Positions 12,433-23,631 of a DNA stretch of 64,000 nt are shown in pieces. Every line of letters starts with the position of its first letter. The first letter of the stretch is position 1. The notes under the pieces were generated by a model that was not told the origin of the DNA, did no database searches, and saw nothing but the letters and a program-made list of their open reading frames with translations. The DNA comes from Mobula hypostoma. Lineage: Eukaryota. The DNA is taken from positions 11,410,001 to 11,474,000 of the forward strand of contig NC_086101.1 in NCBI RefSeq assembly GCF_963921235.1, read 5' to 3'. The position numbers and the translations under genes are program-made.

Positions 12433-12567
12433 AGAACTCTGGTCACACAATGGCTCACAAATGCATCCTGAACATGCCCCAAATGCTGTGTCTGTCAATA
12501 AAAGCCACCAGAAAATGTTGGTAACATAACATGACATTTTGATGTGTTAGAGTATGAGAACACTCTG

Positions 12568-13225
12568 CTCTCGTTTATTGTCATTTAGAAATGCATACAT
12601 GCATTAGGAAATGATACAATGTTCCTCCAGAGTGATATCACAGAAAAACAGGACAAACCAAAGACTAACACTGACAAAACCACATAATTATAACATATAG
12701 TTACAGCAGTGCAAAGCAATACCATAATTTGATAAAGAGCAGACCATGGGCATGGTAAAAAAAAGTCTCAAAGTCCCGATCGACTCCCGAGTCCCCGATA
12801 GCAGGCGGCAAAAGGGAGAAACTCCCTGCCATAAACCTCCAGGCACCGACAACTGCCGATGCACTGGAAGCACCTGACCACAGCCGACACTGAGTCCGTC
12901 CGTCTGAAAACTTTGAACCTCCAACCAGCCCCTCTGATACAGCCTCCCGTGCACCATTCTCTTCCGAGCACCTTCAAACTTGCCCCGGCCGCCAAAACAA
13001 GCAAAGCCGAGGATTCGGGGCCTTCTCCTCCGGAGATTCCAGACCACACAGTAGCAGCGGTAGCGAAGCGGGCATTTCATAAGTTTCTCCAGATGTTCCT
13101 CTGTACTCTTACATCTGTCTCCATCAAATCAGAATTGTGCACGGTACCCTACTTGACAAATAGCAGACATCATCACCGGAGTGGCCGTGTGCACTGTGCC
13201 GCTCCACCATCTTCTCCTCCCCCCT
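12568..13225 (-). mobile_element. Non-autonomous LINE-derived (Rex1/L2-like) element inserted in the ERV-A 5' LTR
   Basis: Minus strand begins ggaggagaagatgg and ends aaatgacaataaac; it interrupts an LTR that is uninterrupted at 47564-47944; no coding motif recognised. Confidence 0.5.
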
Positions 13226-13480
13226 CGCCAGATTTGTTAAAGAACAAAGGTAACAACAGGATTATTTCCGTTGTTACGATGCATTCAAAATGCTTCCTAA
13301 TTGCATATAATTTTGAACTACCTGGGTCTTCACTCCAACATGCCCAAAATGAGTGTTAATCATTGTTATTTCTGAGCTGCATTTTAAATTCAGTCTACAA
13401 TCCATATTCAGATCTGAAGACTGGTTACTATTGAAATTAATATTTGCTGTGTTTCCATAACCTCAGAATACACCCTAACA

Positions 13481-15230
13481 AATGGTAATGAAAAATGTCA
13501 CAGTAGTGCTTAGTCTTGACAAACTAGTGTGGCATTATGGGTGGAAATGAGGGATAAGAAAGGTCAATAGGCCTATATTACAGACCACCCAACAGTCCAT
13601 GGTATTCAGAGGGACAGATCTGCAGAGAGATCACATTCTGTTGCAAGAAATATAAGGTTGTTATATAACGTTACTTTAACCTTGCACATATTGGGAACTC
13701 ACACACTGTAAAAGAACTAGATCAGATATAGTTTGTCAGATGTGTTCAGGAAAGTTTCATTAATCAGTGCAAAGAAGTTCCAACAAGAGAGTGTACAATA
13801 CTTGACCTGTTATTAGGGAATGAGAGAAAACAGGTAGAAGTTTGTGTAGCAGAACCCTTTTCATATACTGATCGCAGTGGCATTAGTTTCAAAATAAATC
13901 TGATCCACAGATTGGAAAAAGGCCAGTTTGATGGTATTAGAAAGGATCTGGCAAGATTGGGACAGGCTGTATTCTGGCAAAGGTGTACTGGGTAAGTGAA
14001 ATTTTAAGGGTACAAAGCTTGTATGTGCCTGTCAGAATAAAAGATAAAGATAACAAGTTGAGGGAACCTTGGTTTTCAAGCGGTATTGACACCTTGGTTG
14101 AGAAAAATAGGAGGCTCATAGAAGGTATAGACATGAGGTAAGACATGAGGTGCTTATGTAGTGTAAGAAATGCAAGAGAACATTTGAGAAATATATCAGA
14201 AAGGCTAAAGGAAGGTGTGAAGTTGCCCTAGTAGACAGGGTGAAGGAGAATCCACAGGTATGTTAAGAACAAACAGATTGCGAGGAAAAAAATTTGATCC
14301 TGTGGAAGATCAGAATGGTAATCCATGCATGGAGCCAAAGGAGACTGGGGAGATCATAAATGATTTTTTTTGCATCTGTATTTACTCAGGAGGTGGACAT
14401 GGAGTCAAAAGAAGAGAGGCAAAGGGCAAAGTGGCATTTGTGGGATAAATCTCCGTTTATTTTCTGATCCTTAGGGTTCTTCCAGGAGCCACAAATAATG
14501 TCACTAACAATCATTTATTTTAAAGTACAAACAAAATATAAATACTAAGCAAAGTAAATAAAGAGCTGAAAAATGATGCTAAAAGATAATGTGAAGACAA
14601 AAAGAAGCTAAGATGACGTCTCTGTAAAAGCTATAACATTTTATAATCCAGATGACCGAAATTGATTGGATAGAAATAAACTAGTTAATAGGTACATAAT
14701 TAAAACATGTGCATCACATGGTTATGTATTACTAGCTAACGAAAAACGAGGAAGATGATAAACCGTCAATTCAGCTGCTATACCGCTTCTTGCCAGTAAG
14801 TGGGGATGAACCACCACATACTGTGAAGAATACGAGTGTGGAACGAGCCGGCAGTACAAATGATCCAGCGAGCTCGATTCCACCGTTTCAGAGAAGTTTG
14901 GACGGGTACATGGATGGTCGGGGCCTGGTGCAGGGGAGTAGGCAGTGTAAATCGTTCGGCATGGCCGAGACGGGCTGAAGGCCAATTTCTACCCGATAGT
15001 TTTCTCTGATTCTGAACCAAGACAGGATTTACACAGCAATTGGTGAGGTGAGGCCCTGGAGAGTGGAGTAGAACAGAAAACCCGGGAGGTGATTGGCTTC
15101 ACCGGTAGGAGTACTGAGTACCGGAGCTGGGACGTCACGTTACATGTGTACAAGACATTGGAAAGCTCACATTTTGCAGCACTGTACAGTTCTGATTTCT
15201 TTGCTATAGGAAGGATGTAATTTAGACACG
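13481..15230 (+). mobile_element. Old CR1 fragments plus a truncated solo-LTR fragment (about 14440-14830); paralogous to 47945-49260 and 51480-51840
   Basis: Colinear similarity, e.g. gaaaaatgtcacagtagtgc vs ggaaaatgtcacagcattgc; tttattttctgatcctt; caggatttacacagcaattgg vs caggatttacccagcaattgg. Confidence 0.75.
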
Positions 15231-15336
15231 CGACTGTGCGTGAGGACCAGCGGCCTCTCCTTGGATCACGGGGCCCCGCTACCCGGGTTTCTTCAGATCC
15301 CCGGGGACTCTCTAATTCTCTGCTTCTTTTCCCCAG

Positions 15337-15869
15337 TCTCCGTCACCCTGGATGTGGGAACAGCGCATCCAGGGCTCAGGGTGTCCGAGGATCGGCAGAG
15401 TGTGAGATGGACGGGAACCCGGAGGAATCTCCCTGATACCGAGAAGAGGTTCACAGTCTCGGCCTGTGTGCTGGGATCGGAGGGATTCACATCGGGGAGC
15501 CATTACTGGGAGATGGAGGTGGCGGAGAATCAGTTGTGGGGTCTGGGAGTCACCGCAGAGTCTGTGCAGAGGAAAGGATTGTTCGAACAGAGTCCGGAGA
15601 CCGGATTCTAGATCATCAAGTGGGATGATGACAGGATGTGGGTTTACACCTCCCCTGAGTCCCGTCTCCCTGCCGGTCCCATCCCCGGGAGGGTGGGAGT
15701 TTATCTCAGTTACGAGTCCGGATCAGTTTCATTTTACAACGCGGAGACCAAGTCCCATCTCCACACCTTCACTGGGAATAAATTCACGGGGAAACTTTAT
15801 CCTTTGTTCTGGACTGGATATAAAAACCAGCGGCTGAGAATCTGCTCCGGTTCCGCTCCGGGTCTGTAA
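15337..15869 (+). pseudogene. Terminal B30.2 (PRY/SPRY) exon of a TRIM paralogue with an in-frame TAG at 15609-15611; upstream exons not in window
   Basis: Acceptor ttttccccag at 15327-15336; VTLDVGTAH...HYWEMEV...[10 protein letters not shown]...LYP; same length (533 nt) as 53963-54495; TGG(W) in the paralogue is TAG here. Confidence 0.9.
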
Positions 15870-16299
15870 ACGGGTCAGGTCCGGGACCGGCGTCAGGAGT
15901 AAGAGTGTAAATATAAATGCGAGGAGAGTGAAATGAATACGTTATGAGAATTAATGCGTTAACGGCATCCGTCAACAGAACAGAAACACTGCCGATTCCA
16001 CAGCAGTCGCGGGCGGCGGGTCAAGAGCTTCCCAGCTTCCCCAGGTCCTAAAGCCCACAGGAACTAACGTGGGGTAACTGGGACAAGTGGCGGTTGTTGT
16101 GTAACATCTGTGGAGGGAACTGGACAGTTCATATTTCGTCTTCAGGCCAATCATCAGAATCAAGTTTAACATGGTGAAATATTTTAACTTTGCAGCAATA
16201 CAATGCAATACATGATCATGGAGGGAAAAACTCTGAATTTCAGTGAATATACACACATACATTATAGTCATAGTCATACTTTATTGATACCGGGGGAAA

Positions 16300-17870
16300 T
16301 TAGTTATATAGTTGAATAAAATGGTACCACAAAAAATAGAAATACAAAAGTGGTGTTGTAGTGTTCCTGGGTTCAAATTTCATTCAGAAATTCGATGGCG
16401 GAGGGGAAGAAGATGTTCCTGAATTGTGGAGTGTGTGCCTTCAGGATTCTGTCTCTCCTTACTAATGGTAGCGATGAGAAGAGGGCATGTGCTGGGTGGT
16501 GAGGGTTCCTTAATGATGGACTTCGCCTTTCTGGGGCATCTCTCCCCGATGATGACCAGGATACTACCGAGTCTACGGTCTATGATCGAGCTGGCTAACT
16601 TTACGACTCTTTGCAAATTCTGTGCAATTCCCACCCCAACCCCCACCCCGGTCGGTGATGCAGTCAGTCAGAATGTTCTCCACGGTACATCTGTCGATAT
16701 TTGCGTGTATTTTTAGTGACAAACCAAATCTCCTCAAACTCCAAATTAAAAATACCGCTGTCTTTCCTTCTTTATAGTTGCATCGATATTTTTGATCCAG
16801 GTGAGGTCCTCAGAGATCTTGACACGCAGGAACTTGAAATGGCTCACTCTCTCCACTCCTGATTCCTCGATGAGGACCGGTGTGTGTTCCCTCCTCTTAC
16901 CCTTCCTGAGGTCTTTGTCTTACTGACACCGAATGCAAGGTTACCTCTGCGACATCACTCAGCTACCTGGCAGTCTTGCTCCCGTACACCCTCTCATCAC
17001 CATATGAGATTCTGCCAACAACGGTTGTATCTTTAGTAAATTTATGGATGGCGTTTGAGCTGTGCACGCAGTCATGGGCGTGGAGAGTTTGAGCAGTGGC
17101 ACACATCCCTGAGGTGATCAGCACAGAATGTGGTCGCCCCATTAGGAAGTCGAGGGTACTGTAGCAGAGGGAGGTACAGAAGCACAGGTCCTGGAGATTT
17201 TCAATCAGGATGTAGGAATGATGGTGTTAAACGCTGAGATGAGGTCAGTAAACAGCATTCTGACATATGTATCTGTATTGTCCAGGTGATCCAAGGACAC
17301 ATGGAGAGCCAGGGAGATCGTATCCACCCGTTGCAGTGGAACCAGGCCCTTGCTGAGGCAGGAGCTGATTCTAGCCATAACCAACCTCTTAAAGCACTTT
17401 AGCACTGTAGATGCGACTGCCAGTGGATGACAGTCGTTAAGGCAGCTCACACTACTCTTCTTGGACACTGGTATAGTTGTTGCCCTTTTGAAGCAGGTAG
17501 GAATTTCTGACTGTCACAGTGAGAGGTTGAAAATGTGCTTGAACACACCCGCCAGTTGGTTGGCACAGGTTTTCAGGCCCTTACCAGGTACTCCATCAGG
17601 GCCTGTCATCTTGTGAGAGTTCACATTCTTGAAAGACAGCTGACATCAGCCTCTGAGACCAAGATCAGAGGTCACCGGGTTCTGCCGTGATCCACATAGC
17701 TGTAGTTTTATTCTCCCTTTCAAAGTGAACAGAAACACTGTTGAGCTCATCTGGAAGCGAAGCATCACTGCCATTCACGATGTTTGGATTTCACTCTGTA
17801 GGAAGCAATGTCCTGCAAATGCTGCCCGTATTGATGTGCAACCAATGTCGCGTCTGACCCTCACCCTGAG
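16300..17870 (-). mobile_element. Degenerate Rex1/Babar-like LINE fragment
   Basis: ORF 17205-17468: [22 protein letters not shown]...[18 protein letters not shown]; 3' remnant QRVVK...II in 16380-16646. Confidence 0.75.
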
Positions 17871-19850
17871 TTGTTAAAGACCTTCTGAAAATCTAAGTAC
17901 ACCACATCTACTGCATCTCCTTTGTCCACTCTGCTTGTAATTTCCTCAAAGATTTGCAGTAGGTTTGTCAAGCAGAATTTTCCTTTCAGGAAACCATGCT
18001 GGCTTTGGCCTATCTTGTCATGTGCCTCCAGGTACTCCGTAATCTCATCCCTAACAATCCAACAACTTCACAACTACTGATGTCAGGCTAACAGGTCTAT
18101 AGTCTCCTTTCTGCCGCCTCCCACCCTTCTCAAGTAGCAGAGTAATATTTGCAATTTTCCAGTCATCCGGTACAATGCCAGAATCTGTCAAACCTTAACC
18201 TTATACTCTCTTATCACCTCCGGATCATTGCACAACACCCAATCCACCACAGCCAATCCCCTAATGGGCTCAACAACAAGCTGTTCTAAAAAGCCATCCC
18301 TTAGGCATTCTACAAAATCTCTTTTGAGGTCTTGTACTGGCCTGATTTTCCCAATCCACTTTCATGTGAAAATCCCCAATGATTATTATGACATTGCCCT
18401 TCTGACATGCCTTTTCTATCTCCTGCTGTAATTTTTAATCCATATCCTGGCTGATGGTTGGAGGCCTGTATACAACCGCCAGTAGGGTCTTTTTACCCTT
18501 GTCATTTCTTAAATTAACCCATTGAGGCTCGACATCTTCCATTCCTATGTCATCCCTTTCCAATTATTTAATGTTATTTCTTTCCACAGGGCCACACCAC
18601 CCCTTCTGCCCACTAACCTATCTTTCCAGTATACTGTATATCCTTGAACGTTCAGCTCCCAATGGCAGCCATCCTTTAGCCAAGTTTCAGAGATGGTCAC
18701 ACCTTGCCTATCTGTAGCTGAATTTCAAGAGTGTCCATTTTGTTTCTTATGCTACGTGCGTTCAACTATAACACTTTCAATCCAGCATTTGTTGCTTTCT
18801 GTTTTAACTGCTCCATGTTTCTATTGCCCTGTAAATCATCCCATTGGCTGTAATTTTGCCTCATCTCCTGCCTGTCCTTTCTATCATCTCTGTTGCATGC
18901 TATCTTTGATTTATTTATGTTTCCCCTTCCTCAGCCCTCTCACTCTGGTTCCCATCCCCCTGCCAAATTAGTTTAAACCCTCCCTAACAGTTCTAGAAAA
19001 CCTGCCTGCTAGGATATTGGAATGAGCAAATAAGTATCAGATGGAATACAGTGTCAGGAAGCTTATGGTCATGCACTTTGGTCGAAGAAATAAATTGATA
19101 GACCGTATTTTAAATGGAGAGAAAATTCAAAAATCTGAGTTGCAAAGGGAGTCTTTGTGCAGAATCCCTTCAAGGTTAATTTGTAGGTTGAATCTGTGAT
19201 GACGAAGACAAATGCGGTGCTTGTATTAATTTCAATATGAGGAGAATACAAGGCAAGGATGTTATGTTGAGGCCTCACTTGGAGTATTGTGAGCAGTTTT
19301 AGGCACCTTATTTAAGAAAGGATGTGCTGACATTGGAGAGGTTTTGAAGCAGTTTCACCATTGTAAGGCATCAAATAGAGAGCGTTCAATGGCTCTGGGC
19401 CTGTACTCACCAGAATTCAGAAGAATGAGGGATGACTTCACTGAAACATTGAATATTGAAAGGCTTTGATAGAGTGGGTGTGGAGAGGGTGCTTCCTATA
19501 GTGGAGTGTGCAAGACAAGAGAACACAACCTCAGAACAGAAGGGCATCACTTTTGAATGGAAATCGAGGAGGAATTACTTTAACTAAGACTGGTGAATAT
19601 TTGGAATTAATTCCAAGAACAGCAGTGAGCCCACGTGTTTAGGTATACTTAAGGCAGAGGGTGAAAGATGGTGGAGCAGTAGTGGAGGCGGATACAATAA
19701 GGTCTTCTAAGAGACTTTTGGATAGGTACATGGAGCTTAGAAAATAGAGGGCTATGGGTAAACCTAGGTAATTTCTAAAGTGAGTGCATGTTCGGCACAG
19801 CATTGTGGGCTGAAGGGCCTATATTGTGCTGTAGGTTTTCTATGTTTCTA
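17870..19850. mobile_element. Mosaic of old CR1 fragments in both orientations
   Basis: Minus-strand RT/APE remnants (aaaccatgctggc = QHG F) to about 19010, then plus-strand RT C-terminus and 3' tails (ttttctatgtttcta at about 19836-19850). Confidence 0.7.
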
Positions 19851-21154
19851 ACAGCAAAGTAACCCGACAGCCGGTGTCAAGTATGGCTCTACCATAAATA
19901 GCCTCAATCCGTAGTCATATTCTGGAGCTTGGAATTCAGGAAACAGAACAGACTGCTCTGACAGAACTGCTAAAATGAAACACATGCAGCATAACAGTAA
20001 AAATATGAACCAGGGCATTGCAGATGTTTTCTTAGAACGAGTTGCATGGCGTTCCTTTGTTTCATGGCTGCCTGCGGGAAGATGAAACCCGTGATCGTAT
20101 ACAGAATGCAACATACTTTGATAATAAATGTATAAATGTACTTTGATTCTTTGCAGTTGCTGGAATCCAGCAGTGCAGCCTAATTTCGTCCTGAAGCATG
20201 AATTCAACCATCTATTTGCCTCCACTGGTACTGCTTGACCCGCTGATTTCTCCTGGCAATTTAATTTCCGCTCCTCAACTCAGGGCTTTGTCAATCCAGC
20301 TGATGGGTACAAGAAGGTCAAGTCGTTGCAGAGCCGCTCTCAACTATTCGATGGAGATGGCGAGCGACGCAAAGATTTGCGCAGTTCCACGGTGCAGGAT
20401 CGCCGCCTGCTGCTAGAAACCGGTACTGCAGGAAGAGCAGACACTAAATGCTTTAACTCGGCTCGAACAGGGACAAGAAATTGTTTACGGATTGTGGGCA
20501 TCGACACTGGAGCCAACATTTACTGCCTACCAAGTGCCCAAAATAAAATCGAAATGAGGTACTTCCCCACCCACTCGCGCACAGACTCCACAGTGTGGAG
20601 TATCCTGGCTGCTTGTATCACGCCCTGGTATGGAAACAAATGCCTATAGTGAACAGTGTCCAGTCCATCACAGAAAAAGCTTCCCCCACCTCTGAGCACA
20701 TTTGATATGGAGTGCCGCCACAAGAAAACAATATCCATCATCAGCGATTCCCTCCGTACAGGCCATTATCCCTTCTCACAGTTGCCATCAGGAAGAGGGT
20801 ATGGGAGCCTAAGGTCCCACAGCAACAGTTATTAATCTGCAAAATCAGACTCCTGAGCCAGTGTGAATAACTTCACTCACCTCAAAACCGAAATGATTCT
20901 CCAACCTATGGACTCACTTTCAAGGAATCTACTACTCATCTTCTCAGATGTATTTACCACATTTTTCTTTATTATTAACTGTTTTCTTGTAATTGCACTG
21001 TTGTGTTCTTATGCACCTTGATATTTGTCCACACGGTGTTTACGTGTAATTTTTCATTGACTCTAATGTATTTCTTTGTATCTACTGTGAAGGCCTGCAA
21101 GAAAATTAATCTGAGGATACTATATATGTGAACAAAAAATGTACTCCGTTAATA

Positions 21155-21306
21155 AACAACACACATCAAACTTGCCGGTGAACGCAGCAGGCCAGGCAGC
21201 ATCTCTAGGAAGAGGTACAGTCGACGTTTCGGGCCGAGGCCCTTCGTCAGGACTAACTGAAAGAAGAGCTAGTAAGATTTTACTTTGAACTTTGACATTC
21301 TCCAGC

Positions 21307-21343
<37 letters not shown>

Positions 21344-21362
21344 CCAGCATCTGCAAATCTCA
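21155..21362 (-). mobile_element. Penelope terminal-repeat fragment with an intact hammerhead motif (21219-21254) and a (TG)n microsatellite (21309-21341)
   Basis: Reverse complement of about 10630-10737; minus strand agtcCTGACGAagggcctcggcccGAAACGTCgact. Confidence 0.8.
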
Positions 21363-22799
21363 AGACTAAAAAGGCCATAATACGTAGGCACAGAATTGGG
21401 CCATTCAGGCCATCGACTTTGTTCTGGATGCAGAAGATGGGAGCTGATAGGCACCAGACCACAGACCCCTAACAGAGGACAGTAACAGCTGCCGAGAATG
21501 ATCACTGGGGTTACCCCTGCCCTGTTCCCAAGTTGTGACATTTACTGGGAGGGTTCTATAAGAAGGGCCCAAAGCTTTGCTCAGGATCCTTGCCACCCAT
21601 CCCACAATCTCATTGACCCACCAGCATCAGGAATGAGGAACAGGAATACGAGGACAGGGAATACCAGACTGGGTAAAAACTTCTTCCCTCAGGCTGTGAG
21701 ACAGATGTGTACCTCGCCATTACTAACGTCCTCTCTCACTCTCTCTCTCTCTCTCTCCCCCCTCTCCCTCCCTCCCTCCCGCCCCCCCCCCCCTCTGTCG
21801 TAGGGGCAGTGAGAGTACTCCTGTTGGGAAGTCTCCCATTTAAACACATCAGCACCAGGTGCATCGATTTGTAGCTTCTGAGGGAATGTATTAAGGAACT
21901 GGAGCAGCAGCTGGATGTCCTTGGACATGTGGGAGAAGGTGAGAGACAGGAGCTACAGGGAGGTAGCCACCCCTTGGTTGACTGTCAGGAAAAGGAGGTG
22001 ATATCGGACTGCTGGAGAGGGAATTATGGGGGACAAGGAAATGGCTGATGACCTGAATTAGTATTTTGCATCAGTAGACTGAATTAGTACAGGCAGTATT
22101 ACACGTCCTGGTTACACTGAAGGGCAAAGCTATCAGGATGAGGGCGTTCAGCTGGCGAGAATTTTTGAGGCTCATGTCCGAAAACGATGGAGTTGTGGCC
22201 AGGTGAAACTTGCAGGGATTAGTCAATGTCCTTTATCAGTAGACTGAAGAGGGAAATCAGGAAGGCAAAAAGAAGACACAAGATAGCTTTAGCAGATAAG
22301 GTAAAGGAGAATTCAAACAGATTATTTGGGTTTGCAGAAAACGAAAGGGTAACTTGTGAGGGAATATGTCCCTTGAAAGATCAGTGTGGCCTTGGGGAAT
22401 TCAAGGCTGAGAATAGTATAATGTACTGAGACAAACCAGCATTACAAAGGAAACTGGCCAGCTTTAACGCGCTAAATTGAATAAATATCTGCGGTTCTAA
22501 CCAAGTGTATCCTCTGTCATGGTGGGAATCTAGGGAAGAAATTACAGGAGCCCTGGCTGTGATATTATGAACACTGGACATAGAACAATACAGAAAAGGA
22601 AAGCGCCCTTCAGCCCGTGATGTTTGTGCTGACCACGATGTCAAATTAAATAACTCCATTCCCTGTCTGTTAACTTGGCTGTTTAAATGTCTCTTAAACA
22701 TGATGATTGTGCGTGTTTCCCGGGTAGGGAGACTGGGGTGTGTACCAGAGTAATTATCCACAGCTCCTGCTGGACTGGGGGAGCAGCGAGTTCCGACAC

Positions 22800-22875
22800 G
22801 GTGAAAGCGGAGAGTGAGAGTGAAAAACTGGAGCAATTCCGCCACCTGCTGGCCGCACAGGGTGAAACGGAAATT
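22800..22875. promoter_or_regulatory. Candidate CTCF site (22839-22854) with flanking IRF/ETS-like GAAA/GGAA motifs
   Basis: Minus strand GGCCAGCAGGTGGCGG fits the CTCF core CCASYAGRKGGCRS; neighbours gtgaaagcggagagtgagagtgaaaaact and gtgaaacggaaatt; motif only. Confidence 0.35.
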
Positions 22876-23631
22876 GTTTTAAGATTCGTTCTGTGTTGTT
22901 CTCTGATTCCGCTTAGAAGAACACAGAGACCAACATATGTATTAGCAAACAAAGATGTTGCACACATGTTCAAAGCCACAAAAATACTTTATTAGAACTA
23001 TCACAAAGGCAAAAGCAAATAGAAAAACAAAAGTCTGCAGTATTAGCAGTATATAACTGAAAATAATACATCATTCACTAAGAAATCCAACCATCTTTCG
23101 TACAGCCTTATCCCTTTGTCTGTCAATCTGTATCTTTCCGTCTCTCCCCCACTCCCCCCCACCCCTGGCTCTTACTTCTCCCTATCTTCTCTAACCCGTA
23201 GCATTAACGCCTGTGGTGACCTAGCGTCAGGCAAAACGCTCCCACTACACAAAGGAAGTGCCCTTTTTATACCATTTAAGATTCCTTAAAATAGTACCAT
23301 AATTATCACACCAATACTTTTTCATACCTTGGTGGTTCCAGCTGAATCCTCTTTTCTCTTACAACACACAATTTAAGAAGAAGGAGACCACAGGTCTGTA
23401 ACGAGGAAAACATCTTAATGAGGTGCATTGAAAATAGAGACGAGACATTGGTCAATTTGAGGGAAAATAGGCCATTATCACATTACAGCCTGACACTATT
23501 TAGCCTTCGCATGTACCTTCTTCTTTGGCGGTCTCCCGGAGTTGTGGATGACTCGCTTCCACTCCAGAAGTGAGCTGACTGATGAAGCCAATGTGGGATC
23601 TGCAGTGCAGGATTAGTGTAATTGGGTGGTT

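Larger units (their letters stand above)
6920..13480 (-). mobile_element. Defective ERV provirus (ERV-A): 5' LTR 12484-13480, degenerate tRNA-Pro-like PBS, Gag zinc knuckles, protease, RNase H C-terminus, integrase, PPT, partial 3' LTR about 6920-7102; RT absent
   Basis: Minus strand: LTR TGTTAG...CA; PBS TTGGGGCATGTTCAGGAT (12465-12482); knuckle CYSCDLSGHGWRQC; protease SDTRSG and AILRID; KIKAH...KGNKWADISAR; integrase CIIC, PGPWESIQMNFMG, EMLPRWGTPIQVDSDQEAHFTG, PRW...VLLT; PPT AAGAGAAAGGAA at 7103-7114 abutting TGTTAG; 6920-7102 aligns with 13290-13480. Confidence 0.85.

Noticed and set aside
21730..21795. (CT)n / C-rich tract, G-quadruplex-like on the minus strand
   Set aside because: Simple-sequence tract next to a decayed LINE end; no evidence of function
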